Origin: Vicugna vicugna
Lineage: Eukaryota
DNA: 64,000 nucleotides
Assembly (NCBI GenBank): GCA_013265495.1
Contig: MU058009.1
Coordinates: 4,470,739-4,534,738 of the forward strand
Reading direction: 5' to 3'
Shown: positions 49,801-61,424 of the stretch, piece by piece
Layout: each line of letters begins with the position of its first letter
Numbering within the stretch: position 1 is the first letter of the stretch
Translations under genes and position numbers: made by a program
The notes under the pieces: model-generated
Databases searched by the model: none
Told to the model about the DNA's origin: nothing
What the model saw: only the letters and a program-made list of their open reading frames with translations

Positions 49801-50904
49801 TCTATTCCTTGTTCTTGCTTGCTGCCCCTGATACAGCCGATGGCCCTAAAAGTGCGATCTGATGTTCACGTTACACTGGCTGCTCTACTAAACCTTCAAA
49901 ACAACTTCCCAAAGTCGCCTCGAGACCACGTGAGGAGGAGAGCCCTTCTGAAAATAAACACTGCTGATCACTCTGGAGGGACAGATTTAAACCTGCAAGC
50001 CCTCCAGGCTCCAGGGCTTTTCAAACTTGGGAAACAACGCTTTGAGTCTGAATGTCTTTGAGCTTGAGCGCAGTGGGGGGGAAACAATGGGGGAAATGAG
50101 AGGCCCCAAGTGAAGGCCAGAGCTCTGGAAAAAAACAAAGGGGAGCTTGACCATGGAGCCCCGGCTGGGAGACTTAAAGGGAGAGAGAATGTAAATTTGG
50201 GATTTGGGGGGTTTTTGAGGCTGAATTACAACTATTATGTGATATAAAACACCAGGAATATGGATGAATCGTCCTTACTTTGAGGGAGACTGTACCGCTG
50301 AACCACTATAAAGGATTGCTTTAAAACACTTACACCAAGTCCAGGTGCCTTTCAAAAGGTTCCTAGGCTGAGAGAACAATGTGTTTAGGATTAAATAAAT
50401 GCATTCTGGGACTCCAAGCACTTATAAAGACATCTGACTTTACCAAGCATGTAGACATTGGTCTGATGGTTAGACATATTTTTGTGTATAATGTAAATCA
50501 AAACTCTCCCTGACTTTAAGCAAAATTTCCAAGAGCTTGTATCTCTGGGAACACACGCTATCGCCGTGTTTATATTAAAGTCGAGCTCTGTGGTGTCCCT
50601 TATGTCTGCTTTAATATTCTTGTTAATATTACTTTATAATATTGACATTTTAGGTTTCAATATCCGAGGTCTTCGCGCAAAGGATGCCTGGCGGATTTAT
50701 CATCGTTTCCCTCTCCTATAGCGAGGCAGGGGCTGAAATATGCGTCCTCAGTTTCCCTGGAGGACACGAGACAGTGAAATCTTGCATGATGCTCCCAGTA
50801 GCAAATCCAGCCTCTCGTGGGTGAGTGCTGCTCGATCACTGATGCCCTAAATTAGGGGGGCATTTTCAGGCCATTATTTCTTGCATCTCTATAGGTCTAA
50901 TTTT

Positions 50905-51865
50905 CAAACGTGATTGAAACTGAATTCACAAACAACAAAATGCACCTGTTTTTAGTGTGCAGTTCGGTTCTTCTTCACTAATTCAAGCACCAAATAGCCA
51001 CCACCGTGCTCAAGATTTCTATCACCCCCAAAAGCCCCCGTGCCCCTTTGCAGTCAGTCACCCCAGGCCACTACCCTGGGCAACCCCGACGTGGCTTCAG
51101 CCGTGTAGACTCGCTTTTGCCTGTTCTAGAACTCCAGGCAGCTGGAACCGCACAGCACGTGTTTTTTTGCTTCTTTTGCTTACTTTACGGTGATGTTTTG
51201 AGATCCATCCATTTTGCTGCGTGCACCCGCGGTCTGCTCCTTGTAATTGCTGAGAAGCCTTCCGTGTTTAAACACACCGCAGTTTAACTGCTCACCTGTT
51301 GAGGGTTTGGGGCTGTTTCTAGTCTGAGGCCATGCTCAGTGAAGCTGCCATGAGAGCCTCTATGCAACGTGAAGCTTGGACGTGTGTTTTTACTTATCTT
51401 TGGTAAACTCCTAGGAGTGGCACTGCTGGGTGACCTGCCAAGTGTCTGTCTCACTTTACAGCAAAGCGCCAAGCTGCTCTCCACGGCACTTGCAGCATCT
51501 TACAGCCCCAGGGCCGACGTACAGGAGCTCCAGCTGCCCCACACCCTCACCGCCACTTGATGATGTCCGCCTTCTCGATTTCTGTCATTCTAGTAGCTGT
51601 CTGGTGGTTTTTCATCACAGTTTAATTTTCGTTTCTGTGAAAAATATGTTGACCATATTTTCATGTGCTCATTCCATTCATCTTCTTTTGTAAATTGTTG
51701 AAATGTCTTGTATTTCAAGGTGGGTTTTGAGAGTGATGGCGTAAGAATTCGTTATACAGCGCAGATGTGAATTCTTTGTCAGACCTTTGTATGCGTCTGT
51801 GTTCGCTCAGTCTGTGGCCTGTCTTTGCAGTCACTCTTAATGGTGTTTTTAATTTTGATGAAGCC
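50905..51865 (-). mobile_element. Ancient L1 3' end (L1MB/L1ME-like)
   Basis: aacaaaatgcacctgtttttagtgtgcagttc..tctatcacccccaaaag..ttttgagatccatccatt..ttttaattttgatgaagcc. Confidence 0.8.
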
Positions 51866-52333
51866 AGTTATGAGCTGCATTTCATCCCCTCCAACCAAAC
51901 AAAAAAGAAAAAAATAGGTACCTTGAAGTCCTAACCAAAGTGCGCCAGAATGTGACCTTATGTGGAAATGGGGTCTCTAAGGAGGCGATCAGGATAATGT
52001 GAGGCCATTATTGTGAGCCCTAACCCCGTATGTTTGATGCCCTTATAACAAGGGGAACTTTGACACAGACACGCACACAGGAAGAAGGACATGTGACAAC
52101 AAAGGCGGGGGTCCGGTGATCACCTGTAAGTGGGAAAATACCAAAGGCCAGACGACCACCGGAAGCTAGGGGAGAGGCGTGGAGCAGACGCCCCTCACAG
52201 GCCTCAGAAGGCGCCCGTCCTTCTGCCTTGATGGTGGGCTTCCAGCCTCCAGAACTACGCGGAAATATGTCTCTGTTGTTTAAGCCAGGAAATGTGTAGC
52301 ACTTTGTTATGGCAACCACACAGAAACGATGCA
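51866..52333 (+). mobile_element. MaLR solo LTR (MLT1B/C-like)
   Basis: ttgaagtcctaacc..agaatgtgaccttatgtggaaatggggtc..ttccagcctccagaact..tgttgtttaagcc..tttgttatggcaacc. Confidence 0.88.
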
Positions 52334-52339
52334 AACCCA

Positions 52340-52900
52340 GACTTGCCCTTTTCTCCTTTACACTCAGAGCCTCTAGCGACCTGGCTGCCTTCATCCCCTC
52401 AGCATCACTGAGGCTTACCCGTAGGTTCTCCTCCAGGTCTGCACGGTTCCTACCTCACACACAGGCACAGTCCACACGTCGTCTTCTTCCCTGGCTTCAT
52501 GTTTAGATTTTCTAATGCCCAAGAAAGCGCTTGCCTCTTGAATCATTTCTGGAATCAGTCACAGTTTCTAATCGGGCTGTAAACATGCCTTGTGACCTCT
52601 GCCCATTCCTTCAAGTTCAACGTGGAGCGAGCTCTGCTTCCAACAGGGTGAGGCCCGCTCCCTCACTATCAGGCTCCCTCCCTATCAGGTTGGAGGTGAT
52701 CAGAGCTACTGTTTTAAACCAACCACCGAGTGCCCAGCACAGGCATGCCCAGGTGCGCCCAGCACTTTCATCATCCTCCTTCCACTTGGGGTTGGAGTCC
52801 TGAAAGCATGGAGGAGGAGGCCCTTTGTCCCCTGGATGCACAGTAACACCAGCATTTCTAGCTTCCTCGCTCTCTCCTTCAGGACGGGACAAACCATCCA
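52340..52900 (+). mobile_element. L2 LINE fragment
   Basis: Pyrimidine-rich L2-like text following the LTR; heavily decayed. Confidence 0.5.
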
Positions 52901-53219
52901 CCCACCCCAAGCATCATCTCCACCTTGAGACATCAGTATCTTTGCTGGACGTTATTCTTACGGCACCTCTGCCCTTCACAGTTGGGAAAACGAAAGCCAT
53001 CTATGGTCATGAAAAGGACTGCGAATAATTTGATAAAATGTCTCTATAAATCCTTCTTCTGGAAAAGAGCGCCTAGTGACTGACGCACGCGCTCTGCTTG
53101 CTTTTACAGACTACGTTACAAGCTCTGCATTGCTTTCTGATTCCTGAAGTGTTGCTGTGCACTAGAAGCGAGTCTTCAATATACTAACTCTGAAACCCTC
53201 CTACAGGTGGGTGCCTTAC

Positions 53220-53345
53220 CCTTGACTGACAGGTGTCTCCACGTCACGGTTGGCTCTGGTCTGCCGATAGCCAGACACAGCAGGGTCACGCTGCTCCCCT
53301 CATTCACGGTGACGTCTGAGGAGATGTTCATGATCTGGGGAGGAA
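53220..53345 (-). CDS. OPCML: Internal coding exon of OPCML (OBCAM, IgLON family GPI-anchored adhesion molecule), first half of Ig domain 2
   Basis: The minus strand reads polypyrimidine tract + ttccag | TTCCTCCCCAGATC...TCAGTCAAGG | gtaagg: 126 bp, phase 1-1. It encodes (V)[41 protein letters not shown], which matches OPCML as I recall it, with the Ig B-strand Cys, C-strand Trp and an N-I-S sequon. I recognised no other OPCML exon in the window, consistent with very long flanking introns. Confidence 0.96.
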
Positions 53346-53413
53346 CTGGAAGGAAACAGAGGAGAAAACAAATATATGAGAATGATTCTTTGCACACAAA
53401 AGGAAGTGTTAGC

Positions 53414-53952
53414 TATTTACAACAGCCAAGACAAGGAAGCTGTCCATCAACAGACGACTGGATAAAGAAGCCGTAGTGTACTTATACAATGGGATAGTAC
53501 TCCGCCATAAGAAAGCATGAAGTAATGTCATTTGCAGCAACGTGGATGAAACTGGAGATCGTTATTCTAAGTGAAGTGAGTCAGACGAAGACAGACAAAT
53601 ATCACGTGGTATCACCTATATGTGGAATCTTTAAAAAATGACGTAAATGAGCTTATTTATGAAACAGAAACAGACTCCCAAACATAGAACACAAACTTAC
53701 AGTTACCAAATGGGAAAGTGGGGGAGGGATAAATTAGGAGTTTGGGATTAGCAGACACAAAATACTGTGTACAGAATAGAGAAACAACACGGTCCTACTG
53801 CAGAGCCCAGGGGATGATACTCAATAGCTTGTAACAACCTATAGTGGAAAAGAACATGAAAAAGAAGACACGTATAAATGTGTAAGACCGAATCACTGTG
53901 CTGTACTCTGGAAAGTAACACGACACCGTGAGTCAATGACACTTCAACAAAG
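53414..53952 (+). mobile_element. L1 3' end, antisense to OPCML, just upstream of the exon acceptor
   Basis: tatttacaacagccaagaca..tgtccatcaacagacgactggataaagaag..tttgcagcaacgtggatg..gaatcactgtgctgtac..tgacacttcaacaaa. A degenerate TSD (aggaagtgttagc / aggaggtgccagc) flanks it. Confidence 0.9.
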
Positions 53953-56900
53953 AGGAGGTGCCAGCCTGTACATCTTCATAGAGCATAGTTTTTAGATGAA
54001 TGTTGCTCCCAATAATAATTTCAGATTGCCTGATTTGCCAAGGGTGTGCCCATCAGCACAGCACGTACAGGGCGCTCAGGGAGGGAGCGGCTCTGTGAGC
54101 GTCTGGCTGAGGCAGGAGGCAGGCGTGTGTGTGCGGCGGGGGCAGCGGGATAACTGAAGCAGGCGTCGCTGACTGCGGCCTGAGAGGGAGCACCGAAGTT
54201 GGGAATGCAGTTTGCTGAGAGTTCCGCTCTGCTCTCGCGCTCACTCCTTCCGGTGGACCCTGGCTTGTGTAGGAACCATCATAGCCCCCAGCTCAGCCTC
54301 TGCTTCCAGAAAGTCACTCGCAAAGCCAACCGCCCCGACTTGGCCACCATGTCCTGGGCACGCCAGACTTTCTAATGCTTTGACTCCACACAGGTTGTTC
54401 CAGCCGGGAATTTTTTTGGTTTTTTCACATTTCTTTTCCTGAAAATTCTCCATCCTTCCTTAAAATACATCCTCTAAAACTTGGTGAAATTTTCACCGAT
54501 TTGTCAATGGGGATCAGCTGCTTTCTCCCCTAGACCCCACCAGCCATTGCAGTTACCCTGAGATTGTGCTGCAGAATTTCTTTTCAATGGCATTATATCT
54601 TATATCTTATCTCCAGAGCTCTGCTCCCGTCCCGCTGAGGGATCTGGGGCCACCTCTTCAAGCTCTGGCTTCTGCACCTGCGAAATACAGATGATCGTGG
54701 TAGCTAAATGCATTGTGTTGTGAGGTTTCAATAAAGCAAGGCTGAGCAGGGCACCTGGTGGGCAGGAAGCACGGAGTGAGCTGCAGTCGCGAAGGTGATG
54801 GTGCTGATGAGGAGGGAGGCAGCAGTGGTGCCATGTGTCAGCAGGGACAGCTAGCCTCTCCTGGCCGGGTGTCTACCTGCAGCGTCACAAAGGCTGACAT
54901 GAGCCCTGGTCTTGTGTCCACCTTGTCCTGCCTCCAGGCCTGCAGCTCGGCTTGGAAGATAGCAAGGTTCCTTCTCTAAAGGTACTTCTCGTCACCATCG
55001 TCCTGGTTGAGTTTCTCACCGATTTTCACACGGTCAGCAGTAACAGCTTCCTGCCTGGAACGTGCCGTGCTGCCTGGTGTGGGTTCCCCAACCTGCGTCC
55101 CTCATGGGGCCACAGTGTCCTTTTTGGGCAATAATCTCATCAAACTACTCCCCTAATTGCTCCTTCAGCTCATGATGGCCTACCAGGCTTGACACACAGC
55201 CTCCTTTAATGACCCCAACCCAGGGGCCAGCCTCCTCTGCAGGCCACGCCCTCACCCAGGCAGCTCCCTGCAGACTCGGACCAGCTCTGCCGGGAGCAGG
55301 GAAGAAGCACACGGCGGTCCAGGGCTCCGCTCCCCCTTTCCTCTCTGGTTCCTACCTGAGTAGATATACTTCATCCTTCAGGGACCTCAGAGGTCACCTC
55401 CCCTTTGCAGATTCCCCCAACTGCTCCCCGAATCCTGAAAGGGGAAGCCCCCGCCTCTCCCTCGGGGAGGGGACTGAACACGTCGTACTTAGAGCTGGTG
55501 GTTTTATGTGCCTGCCTCTCTACCTGGAGGGTGAGGTGCGTGGGGATGAGGATGGAACCCCATACACCTCTGTCTCCTCGGGGTCTGGTGCAAGGCTGAC
55601 AAGGGGACCTGCTTTAATTCCTCTTTGAAAGAAAGATCCAAAAAACAGACTGAGCAAGTCCAAAAAACTAAGAGGGGGGACAAAGCTTTTCATGCAGGGT
55701 TTCTGATACCTAAATCTTTCTTCTCAATTTCCTTTCAGATTCTCCAAATGAAAGGAAGGGCAGTGGAGACAGGGGGCTCCGAGCTAGAGTCACACTGATT
55801 TATTCCAACTGCCAGTTTAATTATGAATTATTAATCACCAAACAGGGAGAGTGCTAGTAGATTGCAAACCACCTTGAGTCAGAGACGGAGGAGAATTATG
55901 ACTGATGCTCGACTCAGACAACTCTGCGGCCCAGAGTTTCATGCAGCTGACACCTTAGAGGTAAGTCTTTCAAGGAGAAGCCATAAGTAACACAGAATAT
56001 TTGAGTTCTTAAGGGAATCCACATTAGCAAATAAATAAAAATTACCTGGCTTATAAATCTGCCATATTTTGGCTTATTTCTGCATTCGGATTTGGCCTGA
56101 AATTTCCTGGCACATATTTTTCCAAAATACACATGGAGGGGAAAAAAAAAGTGTACTTTGTAACTACACTCCATTCTCTAGAGAAAACTGCTACCTGTTT
56201 TTCAGTATTTTCCAGCTTGTTAAAAAATAGTTCTGGGCTTAGAAATGTCAATACTTTGTTTCAGTTTTACAAAGCAGCAACTCCAGTGCGCCTTCTAAAA
56301 AATTCTCAGAATAATGTCTGCTTTAGCTGGGTGCGTTAGGCCGCCTGGAGTCCTCTTTCTCTAGACCCGGGAGCCTCCCTGGCTGTGAGGCGGGCAGTGG
56401 GGGTGGGCGGTGAGGGACAGTCGGTCAGTGGAGGATGATGTAGCACACGCAGCCGTGGTGCACAGGACAGATGGCTCAGCCCTGCCCTCAGCTCAGAGCT
56501 GCCGGTCCGGACATGCCATGTTCCCCACTGATAGTTTAAACGGCTCTGGATGAAGAGCTACTGGTAAAAGTCTATGGATATTTGGGGGCATCCTCATTCC
56601 CCAGGTGCTCGGTCAGTGTCACCCATCAGGAGGGAGCTTCCTGCCGGGGAATTGTGAAGGCTGATCCAAACGTTTCGCCAAGACCCAGGCAGCGCCCTCC
56701 CCTGACCTCTGCAGGTGCACAGTGTTCTGTCCTGTTCTCCAAGGAGGGAAGGTGAGGGCAGTGCCGAGGGCATGGGTCACCAGCTAGACAGGAAACACAG
56801 AGAGTGAACCGGGAGAAGAGGAAGTTCTTTCTGTTCTCAGTCATGTCACTCCTCGTGTGGAATATGTAATAATACATGTTGCTTGTTGACGCACAACCTA

Positions 56901-57309
56901 ATTGTTTTCAAATTGCTTACACGCGCATTACAGCATGGCTTCCTCACAGGCTATGAGGGAAGCAGAACAAGGGTTCTCACTGTTAAAAGTGGAGAAAGGG
57001 AGGCGTCGGGAGGGAAAACTAAATTGCTGGCAGTCACGTGGTTGGTAAAGGGCAGAATTTTTCCCACTGTGCTAAGCACCTCTGTTTAACCTCTTGCCAG
57101 AGCTCCCCCCACCCTCCCCACACACAGGTTGTATTTGCATTTCCTGTTTTCTCTGCTTAGAACCCCTCCCACTGCATCTCCCCTCAAGCACGCCCCACCC
57201 TGAACAAAACTGTCGGTTTCCCCAGCACCCCGCCTGCCTGGAGGGGGGCCATCTCAGCCCACCCGGCTTCTCCAGCGCTGTGCTTGCCAACGGGGCTTCT
57301 CAACACTTT

Positions 57310-57458
57310 TAAATTAATTAATTAATTATTATATTTCGGTTTATTGGGGGGGTAATTAGGTTCTTACAGAGTGACTTATAAGGAGGCACGGGGGACTGAA
57401 CCCAGGACGCTGCACGCGCCAAGCACGCGCTCTACCACTGAGCTGCAGCCTCGCCCCC
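57310..57458 (-). mobile_element. Camelid Vic-1-like SINE
   Basis: ggggggtaattaggtt..ggggactgaacccaggac..ctctaccactgagct; the short direct repeat tcaacac lies on both sides. Confidence 0.88.
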
Positions 57459-57809
57459 TCAACACGTCAAATTTCGTTTTAAATCTGAATTGAATCTGGC
57501 AGTACTATTACAGTCCTCTCCTTGTTTCCATAATAACTTCTGAAGAAAAGAGTACTTGGAAATGACTTTAAACACTCCTGTTTTGACAGGAGAGCTTTGC
57601 TCAATTTTCAGAGACGTATCTGTGGCAAACGAGTCAATCCATCTATCTGCTTATTATCCATCTATCTACCTAATTATCTACCTATCCGGCTAGCTAGCTG
57701 TCGCTAGCGTTCGTGAGTACATACACACACAAGAAAAGTACAGCCACCTCAGCGGAGATGCGGAATTACTCCGAGAAAAAGGTAAAGCCCACAGGGCTGA
57801 TTGAAGGAC

Positions 57810-58770
57810 TGCGAACAGCGCGGCGCGCCCGCGGTCACGCGTGCAGACGGGCGGGCCCCCGCGGCCGCCAGGGCGCGCATCCCACGCCGGCTCGTCGCCG
57901 ACGGTGGGTCCCCACGCCCCGCTGCCTGGTCGTGCGCACGGGCCGACGCACAGCCACGGCCAGACGGGGAAGGAGGGTGCCACTCGGTGGGTGCAGGCGG
58001 GGAGGCAGACGCCCAGGTCTGCACAGCCGTGGAGACGGACGTGGCCCGAGAGAAGGTGCGGCGTGTGTGTGTGTGAGCGCGCGCGCGCAGAGACAGACGG
58101 ACAGCCCATCAGACGGCAGTCCAGTCGTAGCCCGAGGACGGCAGGCGTCCGGGGCTCGGGTTGCGTGAGGTCTCCGCACGCTCTCACCTCCACCCTGGCC
58201 GCCGGCTCCGCCGCGCGCGAGTCGTCTCGAGCCCGGCCGCTCCGCTCCAGCCGCACGGCCGCCGGCGTAGCTGGGGGGCCCGCGGCCTCTTCCTCCGACT
58301 GTTACGAGTCCTGCCGCTCCGCCAACCGCCGTCTCGTGCCTGAAGCCCCACGCCCGCCACAGCGCCTCTGAAACATCTCGCTTCGGCCTGCCCCCGGCGG
58401 GGACGCCGACTCCAAGCCTCCCGGCAGCCCCGGCACCGCCCCCGCCGTCCGGCCGCAGCCCCAGGGCGTGGCCTCCGCTGGCCGGGAGCCCCGCCTGCCT
58501 CCCCGGGGTGCGGCGCCCTCCCTTCCTCGCGCCCCGCACTCAGCGCGCCCCCTGCTGGGCGGCCGCCGCGCGCCCGCGCCCTCTCAGCGGCTCGGCCTTC
58601 CGCGCTCAGCGCCAGCGAGCGCCCCGGGCGCCTTGGCCGCCCTTCCCCTGTTGCCGGGCGTCCTCGTCCACGCCCGTATCCCGCCAGCAGTCTTCACAGC
58701 CGAGCTGTCCCGCGGACGGGCTCTGCTGCGCTGGCCCTGGTGCTCCTACTGCGTGACCCGCGCCTGACAC
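57810..58770. promoter_or_regulatory. Intronic CpG island (~1 kb)
   Basis: The most GC- and CpG-dense stretch of the window. It includes (GT)n(GC)n at about 58061-58088. No recognisable coding exon. Confidence 0.75.
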
Positions 58771-58829
58771 AAACGCAGAGCATGAGCGTGCAGGTTTCCA
58801 AAGTGGGAGTCTGACAGTCCGCCCAGTGT

Positions 58830-59175
58830 CCTCCCCTGACTCCTGACGCTTGACCGTTCCTCTCCCTGGAATACCCTTGCACATGCTTTCACGTTTGTCT
58901 GCTGCTGGGTTCGGTTTTAACGTTACTTCCTCGGAGAAGACTTGGCCAGTGACCCTGGTCCTCTCCCCTCCACCTGTCCCAGGCCCTCTTCTCGCCCTTT
59001 AAATTGTCTTCGGTAATTCTCACGTACCTTGTGCTTTTCTCTCTATCCCTATGATTATTTGTTTAACGTCTCTCTGGCCCGGGACTACAGGCTTCAGAAA
59101 CCACTGTAGTCCCCTGTGCTGCACGACGCGTGGCCACAACAGGTGCTCAGTAGAAATGGTTCCTGTGAGTAAGTG
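58830..59175 (+). mobile_element. L2 LINE 3' fragment
   Basis: gttcctctccctggaatacccttg..acgttacttcctcggagaag..caggtgctcagtagaaatggtt. Confidence 0.65.
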
Positions 59176-59603
59176 CCTGTAACCAGGACCGTGCTGCACA
59201 CACTGCGGTGTGATTGTCAGAGAGCAAGCCTGGAACAGAAGACGCTTTTCTAGAGCAGAAGTGCTCCTCTGTGCAAAGGTACCTGGGGACTGAACTGCGT
59301 GGCTCTGGTCCCGCCCTACACAGTTGGAAACGACCTGGTGGAAACCGTGCGGGAGAGGCCGCGCCCCACGGCCTAGCGCTGGAGGCCCGCAGACTTGTGC
59401 AGCCTCGGGCCACCTCGGCCGCTCCCCTCCCAGCCCCTGCTCCTGCACATGTAGAATGAAGATGATGGAGCTTCTCTCTCCAAGCTGTTGTAGGAATTGA
59501 GTGTCAGTGTGCACATCATGCTAGTATCCATGCCTGGAATTAAGCAAGTACTTAATAAATGTTGGCTGCTGTTGTTCTTTCTAAAATAAAATTGTTCATT
59601 TTT

Positions 59604-60065
59604 TATTGAAGTGTCGTTGATTTACAACGTTAGTTTCAGGTGTGCAGCAAAGTGATTCAGTTACACACACACACACACACACACATGCATACATGTTTTG
59701 TTTTCAGATTCTTTTCCATTATGTGTTATCGCAAGAGACTGAGTCTAGTTCCCTGTGCTGTACAGTAGGACCTTGCTGTGTATCTGCTTTATATATAGGG
59801 ATGTGTATCTGTTAATCCCAACCTCTACTTTCTCCCTCCCCACCCTTTCCCCTTCGGTAACCATAGTTTGTTTTCTATGTCTGTGAGTCTATTTCTGGCC
59901 TGTAAATAAGTTCACTTGTATCGGTTTTTTTTAGGTTCCACTGAAAAAAAGTGGTATCGTAGGATAACTGTCTCCCTCTGTCTGACTTCCTCCACTTAGT
60001 ATGATCATCTCCAGGTGCATCCACGTTGCTGCAAGTGGCTTCAGCTCATCCTATTTCATGGTGCG
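59604..60065 (-). mobile_element. L1 3' end with TSD and internal (AC)n, same sense as OPCML
   Basis: Reverse-complement relative of the L1 3' end at 53414. The direct repeat tgttcattttt is at 59593-59603 and 60066-60076; minus-strand AATAAA is at 59602-59607. Confidence 0.9.
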
Positions 60066-60629
60066 TGTTCATTTTTGCACACTCACTGTTAACAGCACAC
60101 GTGTCGTTTGGAATCTGATAGATGACGTAATCTGTGCCTAACTGCTCATTTTCTAAGTCTCAGCTCCATCCGCTGTAAGCTTGCAGGTGGCGTTCATCTG
60201 GGAGAGCTGGGGCAAGTTTTCGCCATCTATGCTTCCAGAGTGAAAAGGAAGTCTTTGGTAAGTGACTGCTCATTTCTGCCTCTTAGTCTGCGTTCTGAGC
60301 CTAAGCAGACGCACAGAGCAACCCGAGCCCTTTTATGTAAAGAGCTCACCTGGCTCTTCCTTGCCTACTTCCTCTGAGGGAGCTTCTGCTCCTGTTTCTG
60401 GAAAGAGCAGGAGTCACACCCTCAGCACCACATCCTCTTGTTTCAAGGGCAGTGATTCCACGCATCACAACGATGGCCTGTCCCTGCCCGGTCACGGTGT
60501 TTGACAATCATGTTTTAAGTGTTTTATTTGAGACTGAACGGCCCAGTTGAAACCTACAGAGAACAGACTCCTGTAATTTGGAGCCCCAGTGGCTAACGCG
60601 CGACCACCACTTCTCTCCAACAACCCCTG

Positions 60630-60780
60630 TGCGATGAAGCCCTTCAAGTGTCAACTTCCTCTCCCATAAAATGGGCATAAAGTATTTGCCTCACAGGGAT
60701 GTGGAGATGAGATGAGAGATGATGATTTCAAAGAGACTTAAACGATTATTACTGTTGTTTCACATTATTATTATTATCCC
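60630..60780 (+). mobile_element. MIR SINE fragment
   Basis: tcaacttcctctcccataaaatgggcataa..cctcacagggatgtggagatgagatgagagatgat. Confidence 0.6.
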
Positions 60781-61089
60781 CAGAGAATAACACAACATTA
60801 GGAGACCACGTGAAAGCCAGCATCAGTATGACATGCTTTCCACTACGCTTTCAGACACTCAAGGCTAGTTAATAAAAATAACACAGTAAGGACTTTTAAA
60901 GACTCACTGTTTTATTCTTCTAGGATTACTTTCTATCTTGCATTTTAACAAGGAAGCTTATTTTATAAACTAGAGTGAAGACTGATTCGGGGGTGGCGGT
61001 ACGCGTGCTAGGCTGGGCCGGGCCGCATGTTGCACCCGTGAACTGTGTGATACGGTTCAGAAAGCGTCACGTGAAGTGCCAGAAGCAGG

Positions 61090-61250
61090 CTCTCATCGTG
61101 GTTCCTCTCTAGCTGTGTGCTCGTCCGTAAACCAGTTAACCCCTCTGGCTCAGGCGTGTGAACGTGCGAGTGGTGGTGTCTGGTTAGTGTTGAATGAGGA
61201 GGTTGGATGATGAGTCCTCAGGTCCCTTCTGGTCTCGGTCCTGTGAGTTA
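61090..61250 (+). mobile_element. MIR SINE fragment (MIR3/MIRc-like)
   Basis: ctagctgtgtgc..ccagttaacccctctggctcag..gaggttggatgatgagtcctcaggtcccttc. Confidence 0.55.
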
Positions 61251-61424
61251 ATGATCTTCCAGCAACAGTGCAGGTTCGAGGCGGCTACTTTGGGGAACAA
61301 AGTAGTCACACCACCAGGAGCAATACTAAACCAGCTGGTGCTTATTTATTGGAGCCCGGAATTAAGTGCTCCGTGTACATTAACTCCTTTACTCCTCCAC
61401 ACGTCCCTAGTAAACACTCCCTAT

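Noticed and set aside
53176..53397. 73-aa stand-alone ORF or read-through truncated OPCML isoform
   Set aside because: Only 53220-53345 is exon. The flanks are intron read in frame, the donor is a strong gtaagg, and I saw no nearby downstream poly(A) signal.
57690..58767. Long overlapping Arg/Ala/Pro/Gly-rich ORFs (also at 28002-28911 and 21239-22581)
   Set aside because: These are explained by stop-codon depletion in GC-rich DNA. They are open in several frames on both strands and show no homology I recognise.
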